Shown in pieces: positions 37,799 through 49,389 of a stretch of DNA of 64,000 nt; the first letter of the stretch is position 1, and every line of letters starts with the position of its first letter. This DNA is from Mobula birostris (lineage: Eukaryota), in contig NC_092384.1 of NCBI RefSeq assembly GCF_030028105.1, positions 12,798,316 to 12,862,315 of the forward strand, given 5' to 3'. A program made the position numbers and the translations under genes. The notes below the pieces were generated by a model. The model saw only the letters and a program-made list of their open reading frames with translations, searched no databases and was not told the DNA's origin.

Positions 37799-39344
37799 AT
37801 TCTTCGTGCATTTGATCTCCCAATAGGCAGCACCTCACCCTTGTCCAGATTAAATCCTATCTTCACTTCTCCATCTAAATTTCCATTTGGTCTAGTTCTT
37901 GCAGTGTACTTTGACAACATTCTTCAATGTCCATTTCTCTGCCATTTTTGTGCCATCTTCATATTTACTACTCAGACCATCCACACCTGCATCTAAATAA
38001 CATAGGTGTATTACAAAAACATATCTTTGCGGAGTTCCACCGGTCACAGACTTGCAGTAAAAAAAAATACTCCTGTATCCAACTTTCTGTCGTTTATGAC
38101 CTCGGCAACTTTTTATTCAACGTAACAACTCACGGTAGATTCCTGGTGACTTAATATTTGATACCTGGCTACTGTGAGGGATATTGTCAAGTGCTATACT
38201 GATTTTATGTAGATAATATTCACTGTCCGATGTTGACTGACCATCTTATTCACTTTTCAAAAGTAGGAGCATCCCCACAGAAATCCATGCTATCTGGAAA
38301 AAAAAAACTGTCTTTTTTGTCCCCGTCAAACTTGTCCAATCATCTCCATACCAATGATGTAAGGCCCATTGCGTATGATTTCCTGAATTACCCCAGTTGA
38401 CCTTCTTAAACAGATAAACATCACTAGTTTTCTCAAGTATTCTGAAATCTTACCTTAGCTAATGATTATATAAACATTGCTATCAAGACTCCAGCAATAT
38501 TTTACCTTGCCTCGCTCAATATCATGGGTATTACAATAAAGACTTCAATACTTTTCTACCTCTTTCTTTGTAACAGCAACATGACCTAGAATACCAACAT
38601 ACCTCTCCCTGATCTCAATATTATCTATGCCTATCTTCTTGTAAGTCAGATCTCTCCAATTTAGGAAACACGAGGGTCAAGGATTGTATCGTCTGCAAAA
38701 TTGTTTGTGATTTAGGCCTTCAAAAAGAAAAAAACTGCAGGCTTCACGTTCTGGTGCAGAAATCTGAGATCATCTGAAGAACTGTTTCTTCCGTTAGGTT
38801 TCAATAATCTAGAAGCTGGCGTTTCTGTTCACGGTATATTTGATGCCGAATGACGTGGAAGTTTTACATTCAGCCCAGTACCAGTGCCAGCTTTGGTAAT
38901 CAATCACTCTTTTGTGTGAATAATGGCATTTCCTTTTCTGTTTTCAGGATATTGACCTGAAAGTGTCCTAGAGAACCATAAGGCAATACACCCGAGATGT
39001 CGATAATGCAGACGCATGGAAAATCGTGATTTTGTGCTACTTGTAGCAGGAAGTAGGGGCTATTGGGGTTCTACTCTGTTAATTCTCTTGTGATTATTTA
39101 TGAAGTTAAAACATTCAGATACTTTGTTTAATGAGTAATAATTTTCATTCTTGCAATTTATTTGCTATAAATAAGAATAATGTTTAGCGGCAAAAATATG
39201 TGGTTTTCCTGAAAAACGTGATGAACCTGACGTGAATAACGTGATTCCAATAAATAAGCAAAAATAGCTAATGAGTGCCATAATATGGCTTGGTTCGTTA
39301 TCACTCTTGAATTAATGTCCGTGGAAAGCAGTGTTCACAAATAA

Positions 39345-39452
39345 GAGAAAATCTGTGGATACTGGAAATCCAAGCAACACACACAAAATGCTGGAGGAAC
39401 TCAGCCGGTAAAGAGTATAGTCGTAGTTTCGGGCCGAGACCCTTCAGCAGGG
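39345..39452 (-). mobile_element. Penelope-like pseudo-LTR tail fragment with a degenerate hammerhead core
   Basis: Same family text as 21500-21592 (tgctggaggaactcagc...gtttcgggccgagacccttc). Core reads CTGCTGA...GAAAC. Confidence 0.65.
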
Positions 39453-39454
39453 TT

Positions 39455-39705
39455 TAAGTCCGCTGCTAACTTTAAGAAGTCTGTACATTCTCCCCGTTAC
39501 CGGGTTGGTTTTCTCCGAGTACTTCGGTTTCCACAACCCAAAGAGATACGGTTAGGGTTAGTAGGTTGTGTACATGCATATTGGCACTGGAAGAGTGGCG
39601 ACACTTGTGGGGTGCCTAGCACAATCTTCGCTGATTTGATTTCTCGCAAACAACGCATTTTAGACTTACACGTGACAAATAAAGGCACTTTAATCTTTAG
39701 ATTAG
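39455..39705 (+). mobile_element. V-SINE / HE1-like SINE
   Basis: Central-domain-like text cattctccccgttaccgggttggttttctccgagtacttcggtttcc and tail gtgacaaataaaggc. Confidence 0.6.
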
Positions 39706-40387
39706 CCATACGTAAATTATAAAACCAATTTCTGCCAAATGCTATTTCGCTGTCAATCTTTACTCTTGAGGGATCTAACGTCGAGGACTCACTTGCAGAT
39801 AATCGGGTGTTTGATTCTTTCTTCCATAATTCCCATTCCATAAATGTTTTCAGCTCCATCACAGGATTTATAGTTCTGTTCCAACGTCTGGCCTGTTTCC
39901 CCCCCAAAGCTATTAGAATGTTATCCAACGACCTGTCGGATGGTTTAAGTTCACGAAGCCGAAATCGTCTTTTTCTTAAACAAACTGGTTGTTTTCTACC
40001 ACTAATCGTTGTTTCTTACTGTGTCTGAACTTTACCGCATTCTGACTTATGAAAAGAAATAAAGTACTTAAACTAATTAAAATAGGGATATATGAGTTTT
40101 GGATATCAGTACCTTCCTGTCGTTAATTCAAAGGTCGGTAATATCAACCTCGGTTTGACTGATTCTATCAAGTATCCTATCCTAATGCCTGCGTGGATCA
40201 AAATTTACGAACATAAGCAAACGATTACAGTAACTTGATATAACATTCGGAACTGGGACGAGGCTGCACTTCTCGCAAGTATATTCCATTCTGTAAGCTC
40301 ATTGGATGGCACAAATGACGGACAGGTAGTGTCATACGTCGTTTCCTCGCAGTTCATATCACTGACATTGCTCAGTGATTACAGTTC

Positions 40388-40448
40388 ATGTTTGATGCCT
40401 TCAAGATAACTGTATCGATCACTGACATGTATTTTTTCGCTGCGCTCG
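40388..40448 (+). CDS. Gene B exon 1: probable leader MFDAFKITVSITDMYFFAAL
   Basis: Phase-1 donor G|gtagta 132 nt upstream of the V acceptor, in frame. Only moderately hydrophobic, so the start is uncertain. Confidence 0.5.
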
Positions 40449-40580
40449 GTAGTAACCAACTCGTGGGGATTATTTTCACCGCAGTTTCCTTCAGTTCGTT
40501 TTATATTTCTTTCTGTATCTCTATTTCTCATTCTAAATCTTACTTTGTGTTTTGTAATAATAATTCATGTTCGTTTTCAG

Positions 40581-40895
40581 TAGTTGCTGCCGACGAGGTA
40601 TTTCAAGTAGTCCAAACCCCCGAACGTACCAGATCATTCGTTGGTGAAAATGTCATTTTCAACTGCACAATTTCCAACTCCGAAGAAATGTCAAAAGTCA
40701 ACATTTACTGGTGGAAACTTGGAGAAATAGAGCTCATTCAACCAGATAGCAGGAAATATATTGACATTGGGGAAGAAAAGGTCTCACTGCAGCTCCTGAA
40801 TATCAGTATCTCCGACTCTGGAGTCTATCACTGTGGAATCAAGTTCAGAGGATTAAATGTGGCAAATGGCAGTGGATCACAGCTTGTTGTCAGTG
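40581..40895 (+). CDS. Gene B exon 2: Ig V-set domain, germline-joined VJ type
   Basis: Acceptor cgttttcag|, donor G|gtaaga, 315 nt, phase 1/1. Motifs: VIFNC, IYWWK, LQLLNISISDSGVYHC, and J-like NGSGSQLVVS. Confidence 0.93.
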
Positions 40896-42541
40896 GTAAG
40901 ATTCAGATAAAGTTCAGATCATTTGCGATCTAGATGTGATAATCCAACCCCGTACACGTGGGCTGCGCCTTGCTTTAATATTTACATCAGGAAACAAAGT
41001 CCTCTTTTCCATAAATTGATATCGAAAACACTTGTAGATTCACTTCCTTGGCTATTAACATGTTTGAGTGCTTTGATGGTTAACTTTTTTTTCTCTCGTA
41101 AGCATACAGAAGAGTGTTTTACGTGCCATATTAGGGGGAATGCAGTTTCTGCAATTACATAGCCTTTTCCTATTACTTATTAATGCCGATTATTAAATTG
41201 TTTCAATATTCATAATCCTGACCATCCGAACTACGAATCTCCCGCTAAAGGAATATGCGTCCAAGCATTTCTCCGAAATGATTTTCCATGAAGTGCATGC
41301 CAAATCTCGATGCGATTTGCAGAAACATAATGCGTTTTATTGTTGCTTGCGCCTGACAACACTTAGCAGTTCTTGAAAGGTACATATTTCTGTGAATTTG
41401 GAAAACAGTAAAGGCAACATAGATTCAGCAAGGCGTATATGAGACTATGAGATGATCTTCAAAGCTCTAATATTGCTACTTGACTCAGAATTATTGCCTA
41501 AGGCACCATAGCAAGTGCCATGCTTTTGTTTATTTCAAATGCACTAGAAGAGGCAGACGTAGAATATCACATAAGCATCTCCTGACTTCGACCCCACCTT
41601 CGAATTTGCAACAATTCTGGAGTGTGCACTAAAGATTTACTCTTGCATATGTTCAAACCGCAAGATTTGGCTGAGAGCTCAAAACTTGGGAAAGAAGAGT
41701 GCTGCATCTGTGCCTTGGCCGAAACACTCTGCCTTATATTGACCGATCTGTGTCTGATGCCAGGGGCCTTTCTAGTCACAAATGCACAGCTTAAGGTAAC
41801 CCCAGATGGGAATCCTACTTATTGAGTTCTCATCTGATTTGCTCAAATATGAGTATCATCAAATCACGTGTAATTTCCTTTCTTCCAACCAGCTAAGAAT
41901 GGCTCTCGCAACTGGAGCTATTCTGGAAAATGAAGATTTTTTCCCCTAACAATGTAGATTCCTGAATATATTTCAATCTATTCTCGTGGATGGAAATTGA
42001 TGATATATTCTATTTCTGACGATCCGCAGGTGTGAGCGTATCTTCACAACTTATCACGGAAGTCCTGAAACCCCATGTCCTATTGTTGCAGAGAGGAGAT
42101 TTTTTTTTTTACATACTGTGATACTGTTGGTTACGGAATTAGTCCTTCTATGTTCTATTCAGGGGATCAGAAGATACGGGAATTGGTAGGGTAAACACGT
42201 GAAATTGTTGAGATCCAAAGTGCACTTGAAAACGTGAGAATTACGTTCATTGCTAACATTCAGCTGAGATTTACATACGAAGTTGGCAACTTTTGTAAGT
42301 TGAAGAAATAAGATATGCGATTTAATTAGACAGATATTCGGTAGCGACCCTCTTTTTGCAATTCCATGAACTGTAATTTTCACTACTTAAAATGTAACAT
42401 GGCCATTTAATTCGTAACTGGTTTATTGCTCTCTGATTATAATGCTGCAGGTTTAAAATGGAAAAGCTGCTTGGGCTCAGGGTGTTATTTTAAAATCCAA
42501 TTTTTAATGTAAACTTATAATTATCCTTAATTTTTCATCAG

Positions 42542-42829
42542 CTTCACCAACTCCTCTGCAAATTCTTAGAAATCCATCAACTCTCTCCTGTAATATGGCT
42601 CCATTTTACCCGGCAGGAGTGACTATTATTTGGTATAAAAATAACAAAACCATTTCGAATGGAATAAATACCACTCAACGGCTCAACAGCGCCGGCATGT
42701 ATGAAGCTTCTAGTACTCTTCATGACGCACAGCTTGCCCAGAGCGGTACTGTTTACATCTGTCTGGCAGCTCACATAACTCTGAAAATTCCAGCCATGGC
42801 AGTTTATTTGGTTCCTAATTCCAATCCAG
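42542..42829 (+). CDS. Gene B exon 3: Ig C1-set domain
   Basis: Acceptor tttttcatcag|, donor G|gtaaga, 288 nt, phase 1/1. Translates ASPTPL...LSCNMAPFYPAGVTIIWYKN...VYICLAAHITLKIPAMAVYLVPNSNP, clearly paralogous to gene A exon 3. Confidence 0.92.
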
Positions 42830-43162
42830 GTAAGATATATTTCTTGGCAAACCAGCGTCAATCAGCAGTCTACGAGTGCAATAATTCGACAATGGGGGAC
42901 ATTTGACTTTTAATACATGGGAATAGAAGTTGTCTTGCCTAGTACAGTCAGAGGTAACTGGTAAATACTAATTGGTAAATTTCAATGACATTAAACTGTC
43001 TTAGCTGTTTTCCACTGTACGGAATTGTCTCGTTCATCGCCCTTCCCCTTTTTTACATAGTTAAGCGGTGATGAATGTATTTTCAGCAAATTCAGATAGT
43101 TACTAAGTCTAGTAAGAGGTTTGTTGACAATTTCAAATGTGAATTTTATACTATCCTTCCAG

Positions 43163-43285
43163 ATCGAGACGCCTGGACTTCGATTAATTTTTATTTAAAG
43201 GTTTTTGGATGCATAGGGTTTGCATTGACATTTTTTCTTCTAATGGTCATTACCAGAATCCCGTTCAGGTTCATCAACTGTAGAG
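43163..43285 (+). CDS. Gene B exon 4: transmembrane segment containing Lys (DRDAWTSINFYLKVFGCIGFALTFFLLMVITRIPFRFINCR)
   Basis: Acceptor atccttccag|, donor G|gtaaag, 123 nt, phase 1/1. If this donor is not used, the frame reads on to a stop at 43335. Confidence 0.85.
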
Positions 43286-45524
43286 GTAAAGTACCCTTTC
43301 AGTTTAACACGCAATTTTGTTTGAATGCAGATTGAACTCTAGTAGTTGTTTATGTTCATCATCTGTACTCCGGAAGTGCAGTATATATCTTAAGTTGAGC
43401 GGATTTGTAATGAATTATATATCTAATTTCACTCGCTCTATTACAATTAGATTTATTTAAAGATAGGCAGAAAATATTTCTTATGGTCATATGGTATAAA
43501 AACACTGAACCTTTGAAGGCAGAGTAGACAAGTTATTTACGATTTTCAACCAGCACTAGTACTCCACTGATCGTCACCAGATGATTCGACGGGAAGAATA
43601 ATATCAGGTTACGAAATATTTGATTCGTTTAGATTACTCAATCAATCTAAATTGACATTTGTCTTAGATAATGCATGACATCTTACGTCATTTTCCGAGA
43701 AGTTTTCAAATTTTGCTTTTCTGTCCGAAATAAACGAAGAAGTAAACAATTCGATATATGTTGTTCGCCTGTGTTTGTGTAAGTTTACGTTGTTCCCTAA
43801 CTAAATCACATTAGGGCAACAACACTGACGCAGAAGATGGCACCAAAGCGATTCTTCCAGCTCTGGTGTGTTCATTGTGTCCGGAGTAGCAACGTACCCG
43901 ACATCAACCTGCCTAACACCACTGTAAGCAACTCTGCTGACTAGTCTGAAAATGAATACTTGTAGCCGGATAGCCAGAAGTCCGCTCTCCCGTTTATTTT
44001 CCAGAAGCCCGTTGAGTCTGTACAACTGGACAACTTACTTAAATGGCATTAGAAGACAAAACCTGGCATAATTGACAGTTATAGCATTTTCCCTAACTAA
44101 CTTACCCAAGAGAAACAGCTACTCCTTCGGCAAATATTTAGAAACTAAACTTGGAAATTTTCTCCACTACGTTATCTTTTTGAGAGTGAGGCATTAACTT
44201 AAATTCTTGATTCAGCAACAATTATCTGACTATATCCATGGCAAGATTTCACTGTCATTTCAAGCTCTGCAAAGAAACTTCAAATGTTCGCTCAGATTTT
44301 GTTGGAGCTAACGGCACAATAGTGAGTTGGCACTGCATATGTAAGTTTGCTTTTTATTCTGCACGCATGAGGTAGTTATGGCTAAATATACAAAATAATT
44401 ACAACCAATGCATTTCAATCGGACTTGAATAGATTCAGTTTCTATCCCCACGTCATGTGCAATGCTTTGAAATTTCTGTTTACTTCTACGAGATGAATTC
44501 AGCTTTTGTTGTCATTGATGGGTGACTACGGTGCAATAATTTAAACATAATTAACTGCCTGTTAACTCAGATGACCAGGGCTTAAGAAAACAGCAATCTA
44601 ATTTCAGGCGTTTCTTCGATATTCTTTAGTAATGCCTCCTTGATAAAACATTACAACTGTTTAATGGAATTGTTTTTGGGGCACCAAAAATATTCCATCT
44701 CTGATAAACTCAATGATGAACTAGAGATAGACAATGAAATATTTCAGATTTATTTAACAAACTAAGGGCTCCTTTCACTAAATAAAACAAAATGATAAAT
44801 AAACACACTTCTGCCTGAGAGGTATCATAAAGAAAGAAGATTAAAATATTGATAGAAGTTCACTACGATCTGCATACAGGAAAACTTGGGACATCCATTT
44901 GCAAATGTCTACCTGTTAGGTTAACAATGTTAACAGATAAAAGCAGCATGAAAATATTTTATTGCAGCTATCATACTTCTATATGCGTACACAAAGCAAC
45001 CACTTCCAAATACATAGAATTATTATAACAGAAGGATGTCACACAGACAAATTTGTCAAACACAGCCCTTAGGATCCAGATTGACTGAGTAACTGGACGT
45101 AGATTGCATGCAAGAATGGTTGTGTTTTATGATTTGCAAGATAGTGTGCCTGATAGTTATGTGCTGGGGCCCTAATGCTTTCTAATTTATATAAATGACA
45201 TGCATGATCGCATGTATTGTTAAAGCTAGTATTGACACCAACTATGTAAGAAAACAAGATTAGAAGAGGACAATAGGATACCAAAGAATTACCAAAGAAT
45301 GGGCCAGCTACAGTATAATGTAACTCTGAACTTACTGAATTTATTAAGTTAGGATATATATATTTTTAATATGAAACACAAAATCACAAAATGCAGAACT
45401 TTGAGATGTGGAAGCATCTGGGTGTCCCAATGCACGAGTCACGGGTAGTACCAGCTATTAAGAAATAAAGCAAGCTATTATCATTATCTATATGCGAATT
45501 GAATAACAACATGTATTGAATTGA

Positions 45525-45800
45525 ATTGACTTTATTTCTTGCATCTTTCACATACTTGAGGAGTAAAAATCTTTACGTTGCATCTCTGTCTGGATGTGCA
45601 ATGTGCAAATTATAGAAATTTGTTATAAATAGTATGTAGAGTAAGATATACAAAAGAACAGTCATTATAGCTTAGAAATGCAATTGAGTCTGCGTGAATC
45701 AATCAGTCTGATTGCGTGGTGGAAGAAGCTGTCCCGGAAACTGTTGGTCCTGGCTTTAATGCTGTGGTAGCGTTTCCCGGATAGCAGTCAGGAAGGTTCC
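45525..45800 (-). mobile_element. Rex1/Babar-like LINE 3' end
   Basis: Reverse complement of the 50520-50710 3' UTR, with a (caatt)n-type tail. Confidence 0.65.
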
Positions 45801-46699
45801 CGGATGTACTTCCTTTCTGTAGAACATTAATGTAACAGAATATGGAAAATTGTGTATAGCATTTGTCTTTGTGCTCAAAGAAAGCTATTTAACTAAGATT
45901 TACCTGCTCTCACATGTAGCATAGCGAAAAAAGAGCATAGCTTATCCCTAACGACCATCCAATATTTACCATGCAATCAACAAACATTAAAAGAAAACTT
46001 TCCGCTAAGTATTTTTGCAGTGTTGTTCTTGGCAATTACTTAGCAATTCAATGAAATCTGTTGTACAACAATATATACATAATTAATATGTAATATAACA
46101 ATATTAATAAATACTTATTAATAGCAATTATATATATATAGCTTTCTGGCACAGATAGAATATAAGAAGACTTTCTTTTACTTTTTATACTCCCAACATT
46201 CGTAAGCATTTCTCGTGACATTTTTATTTCTGTTTCCCTCGGATACTTTTATTATGCCCCCGTCAGATGTTTCCAGTATTTTCCTGTTCTTATCACTCTT
46301 TGGATAAGTACATTTCTCCATAATCCGCAAAGGAAAATACTTCCTGTGGCTCTGATTTTGTACTTCCCTCCAAAGCAAACATGTCAAATGATTCCAATAG
46401 CTATCAGAACTCTTCCCTGCATAGTTTTCTCCAAGAAGAAATACAAGCAATTAAGTTGAGCTCGATGAATTCCAATTTGATGTATATTATCACATGCACC
46501 GAAAGATTGCGTTGCAGACATAAAGATCAAATTATTACACAGTGAATTGGGATAGTGCAAGGTACAGCAATAACAAAATGCAGAATAAAATGCAACAGGT
46601 ACAGAGAAAATACAGTGCGGATAAACAATTCGGTTACAATATCACAACGAGATAGATTGTAAGATCAGAAATGCATCTTATCGTGCTAGAGAACCATTA

Positions 46700-47900
46700 A
46701 GTAGTCATAACAGCGGGACAGAAGCTGCCCTTGAACCTGGCGGTGCGTGCCGTCAGGTTTTTGAATCTTCTTCGTGGTGGAAAAGGAGAGAAGGGAGAAT
46801 GTTTGCGTGGGTGGAGTCTTTGATTATGCTGGCTGCTTTAATGAGGCAATAAAATTTACAACGGAGTCCACGTGGGGAGGGGGAAGGGGGGCTCGTGTCC
46901 GCGATGGACTGGGCTGTGTCCACGACTCTCCGCAACTTCTTGTAGTTCATGCGCCGAATGTTTATGCATCCAGGCAGGATGTCTTCTGTGGTGCTCAGTG
47001 AAACTGGTTGGGATTGGGTGGGTGGCGTTGGGGGTCATAGCAAATTTCTTTAACCTTCTGAGGAAGCAGAGGAGTGTGCGAGCCTCCTTGGCCGTGACAT
47101 TAACGTGATTGGGCCAGGAACTTGAAGCTCTCAACCCTCTCAACCTCAACACATTGAGGTAGACAGCAGCATGTGCATTGACTCCTTCATGAAATCAATG
47201 ACCAGCTCTTTTGTTTTGCTGACATTGAAGGAAAGGCTGTTACCATGGCACTCTATCTCCTTACTGTACATCAACTCATCGTTATTTGAGATACTGCCCA
47301 CTATGGTGGTGGTATCGTTTAGAGACTTGTTGACATAGATAAAACCCCTGCCAGGCAAGCGCGAGTGTATAGAGAGTAGATTAAAGGGCTGGGGATGTAA
47401 CCGAGAGGAGCACGAGTGTTTAGATCAATCCTGGCGGAATTGATTCTGCCTCTTCTTACTGATTGCAGTCTGTTTGTTAGGAAGTTCAATATCCCGTAGC
47501 ATTAGTACGCAGGGTCCTGAGTTTGATGATCAATTTGCTTAGAATTATACTCTTGAAGGTATAGATGCCGGCAATAAACAATAGCTGACGTATGAGACTT
47601 TACTATTCAGATGTTTCAGAGACGAATGTAAGGCCAGGATATAGTCCTGTTTCGGCGGCAAGCGAACTGCAGTGAGCCCAGAATGCCTTAGACCCTGCAG
47701 TTAATGGATATAATGACCACGCACTTCGTGAAGGTAGATGTCAGAGCCAATGGGCGGTAGTCCTTGAGGCACGTTATCACGTTTTGCTTTGGTACCGGAA
47801 TTATCGTGGTCTTAAAACAGGTAGGCCGCAGGTCGAAACAGGGAGAGGCTAAAACCATATGCTAATAGACCAACAGTAGATGTGCATAGGATCTAATGAC
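46700..47900 (-). mobile_element. Decayed Rex1/Babar-like LINE RT fragment
   Basis: NVTAKEARTLLCFLRRLKKF; LSFNVSKTKELVIDF. Confidence 0.65.
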
Positions 47901-48198
47901 ACATCTATGGATGCTATCCAGTCCAAATACTTTTGACGACTTCAAGGATAAATTCCACGGTTTCACTCTCTAAAAAACTGATTATTTGATTAACTCATAT
48001 GCAGTAGCAAAATGGGAAGTTTTAACTTCTATTGACTCTGATCAGACTTTTTTTTATTTACAGACCGTTGACAATTAAAAAGTAGCAAACCACTGTGGCA
48101 AACAAGCTTTATGCGTGGGATTCTGAGAGGAAAATTCAGAGATGAGGACTTCAATCGTTTCATTCTTATTGCCATTATACTGCCGTGAAAATAATAAA

Positions 48199-48327
48199 NN
48201 NNNNNNNNNNNNNNNNNNNNNNNNNNNNNNNNNNNNNNNNNNNNNNNNNNNNNNNNNNNNNNNNNNNNNNNNNNNNNNNNNNNNNNNNNNNNNNNNNNNN
48301 NNNNNNNNNNNNNNNNNNNNNNNNNNN
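48199..48327. other. Assembly gap (129 N)
   Basis: Run of N. Confidence 1.
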
Positions 48328-49389
48328 CCGATAATTGGTCTCAGTATGGAGATTATATATTCTCTCCAGCGCAGCATTTTGGTTCTCCACCTACCTGTCT
48401 AATTTCTTCATTAGAAACCTGTTATTACCTGGCTGGTGAAAAGTTCCAGTGCTGATCTTCTACATGAAAATTCCAATCCGGTTGCTCACTAAGGTATTAA
48501 ACACAATAACGTCATTGTTTTTCGTCTACAACTTAGTACCTCTGAAATATCTGCCCGATGATACGGAGAATGCGGCTGAGAAGAATAATAAATCGGCCAC
48601 GATGGAACGGAGGATCAGGTTCGATTGGGCCGAATGGCTTAATTCTGCTGAATTGTCTTATGCTGTTATGATCTTAGGTTCTTAAAATGCCTTTGGCAGT
48701 GTTTTATGCTCTGCAGTTTGATCGTTATTCGCTGAGACATAATGAAAAAGTTTTGGGCAGCTCTCATGCCATTTAGATGGGCTTTTATTTAAATTGCAAA
48801 AAAATACTTAATGTTCATTCGTGATTTGCTGTGGAGAAATTAGGTATTAATAAACCGGAACTAAATGCCCGTTTGCGCAAAGTGAAATGTTCGTTTCTGG
48901 AAGACAATTTTCCGAAGACGGGCACTTCTGTTTGGCGTGCCGTTATACCCCATTAATAACCATTCATTTAATGGCTCTCTTCCTGCTAATTATTCTTACA
49001 GTTCCAACCTCCGTTTCTTATTAATATCAAACTGTGGCCTATTTCAAACGTTTCTACGTATTCCTTCACAATCATCTTTCACTACTGCATCATCCATTAT
49101 CTAGGTCAGCCTTCTAAAACTTTTTGCCCTGAAGGAACCCTTGAAATAATTTTCAGGTCTCAGAGAATCCCTGCATAAGAACTATAACATCTAGAGCTCA
49201 CGGTACGTTAGCATAATCAGTAGGTTGTACGTAAAATAATCCAAAAATAATTATCAATGCTCTTTGGAATAGAGAATAAATTTTTAGCCAACCTTTCCTG
49301 AAAACAAAACAGATAGTTAAGCTTAGTTTACATTTCTTGAATTTACTCTTTCATTCTCTTTCATAAATTTTTAAAACTCTTAAGGCAAA

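Noticed and set aside
40449-40580. Single-exon reading of ORF 40388..40933 (181 aa)
   Set aside because: The middle part is a pyrimidine-rich 132-nt intron that happens to lack stops; the GT-AG sites match the gene A leader/V layout.
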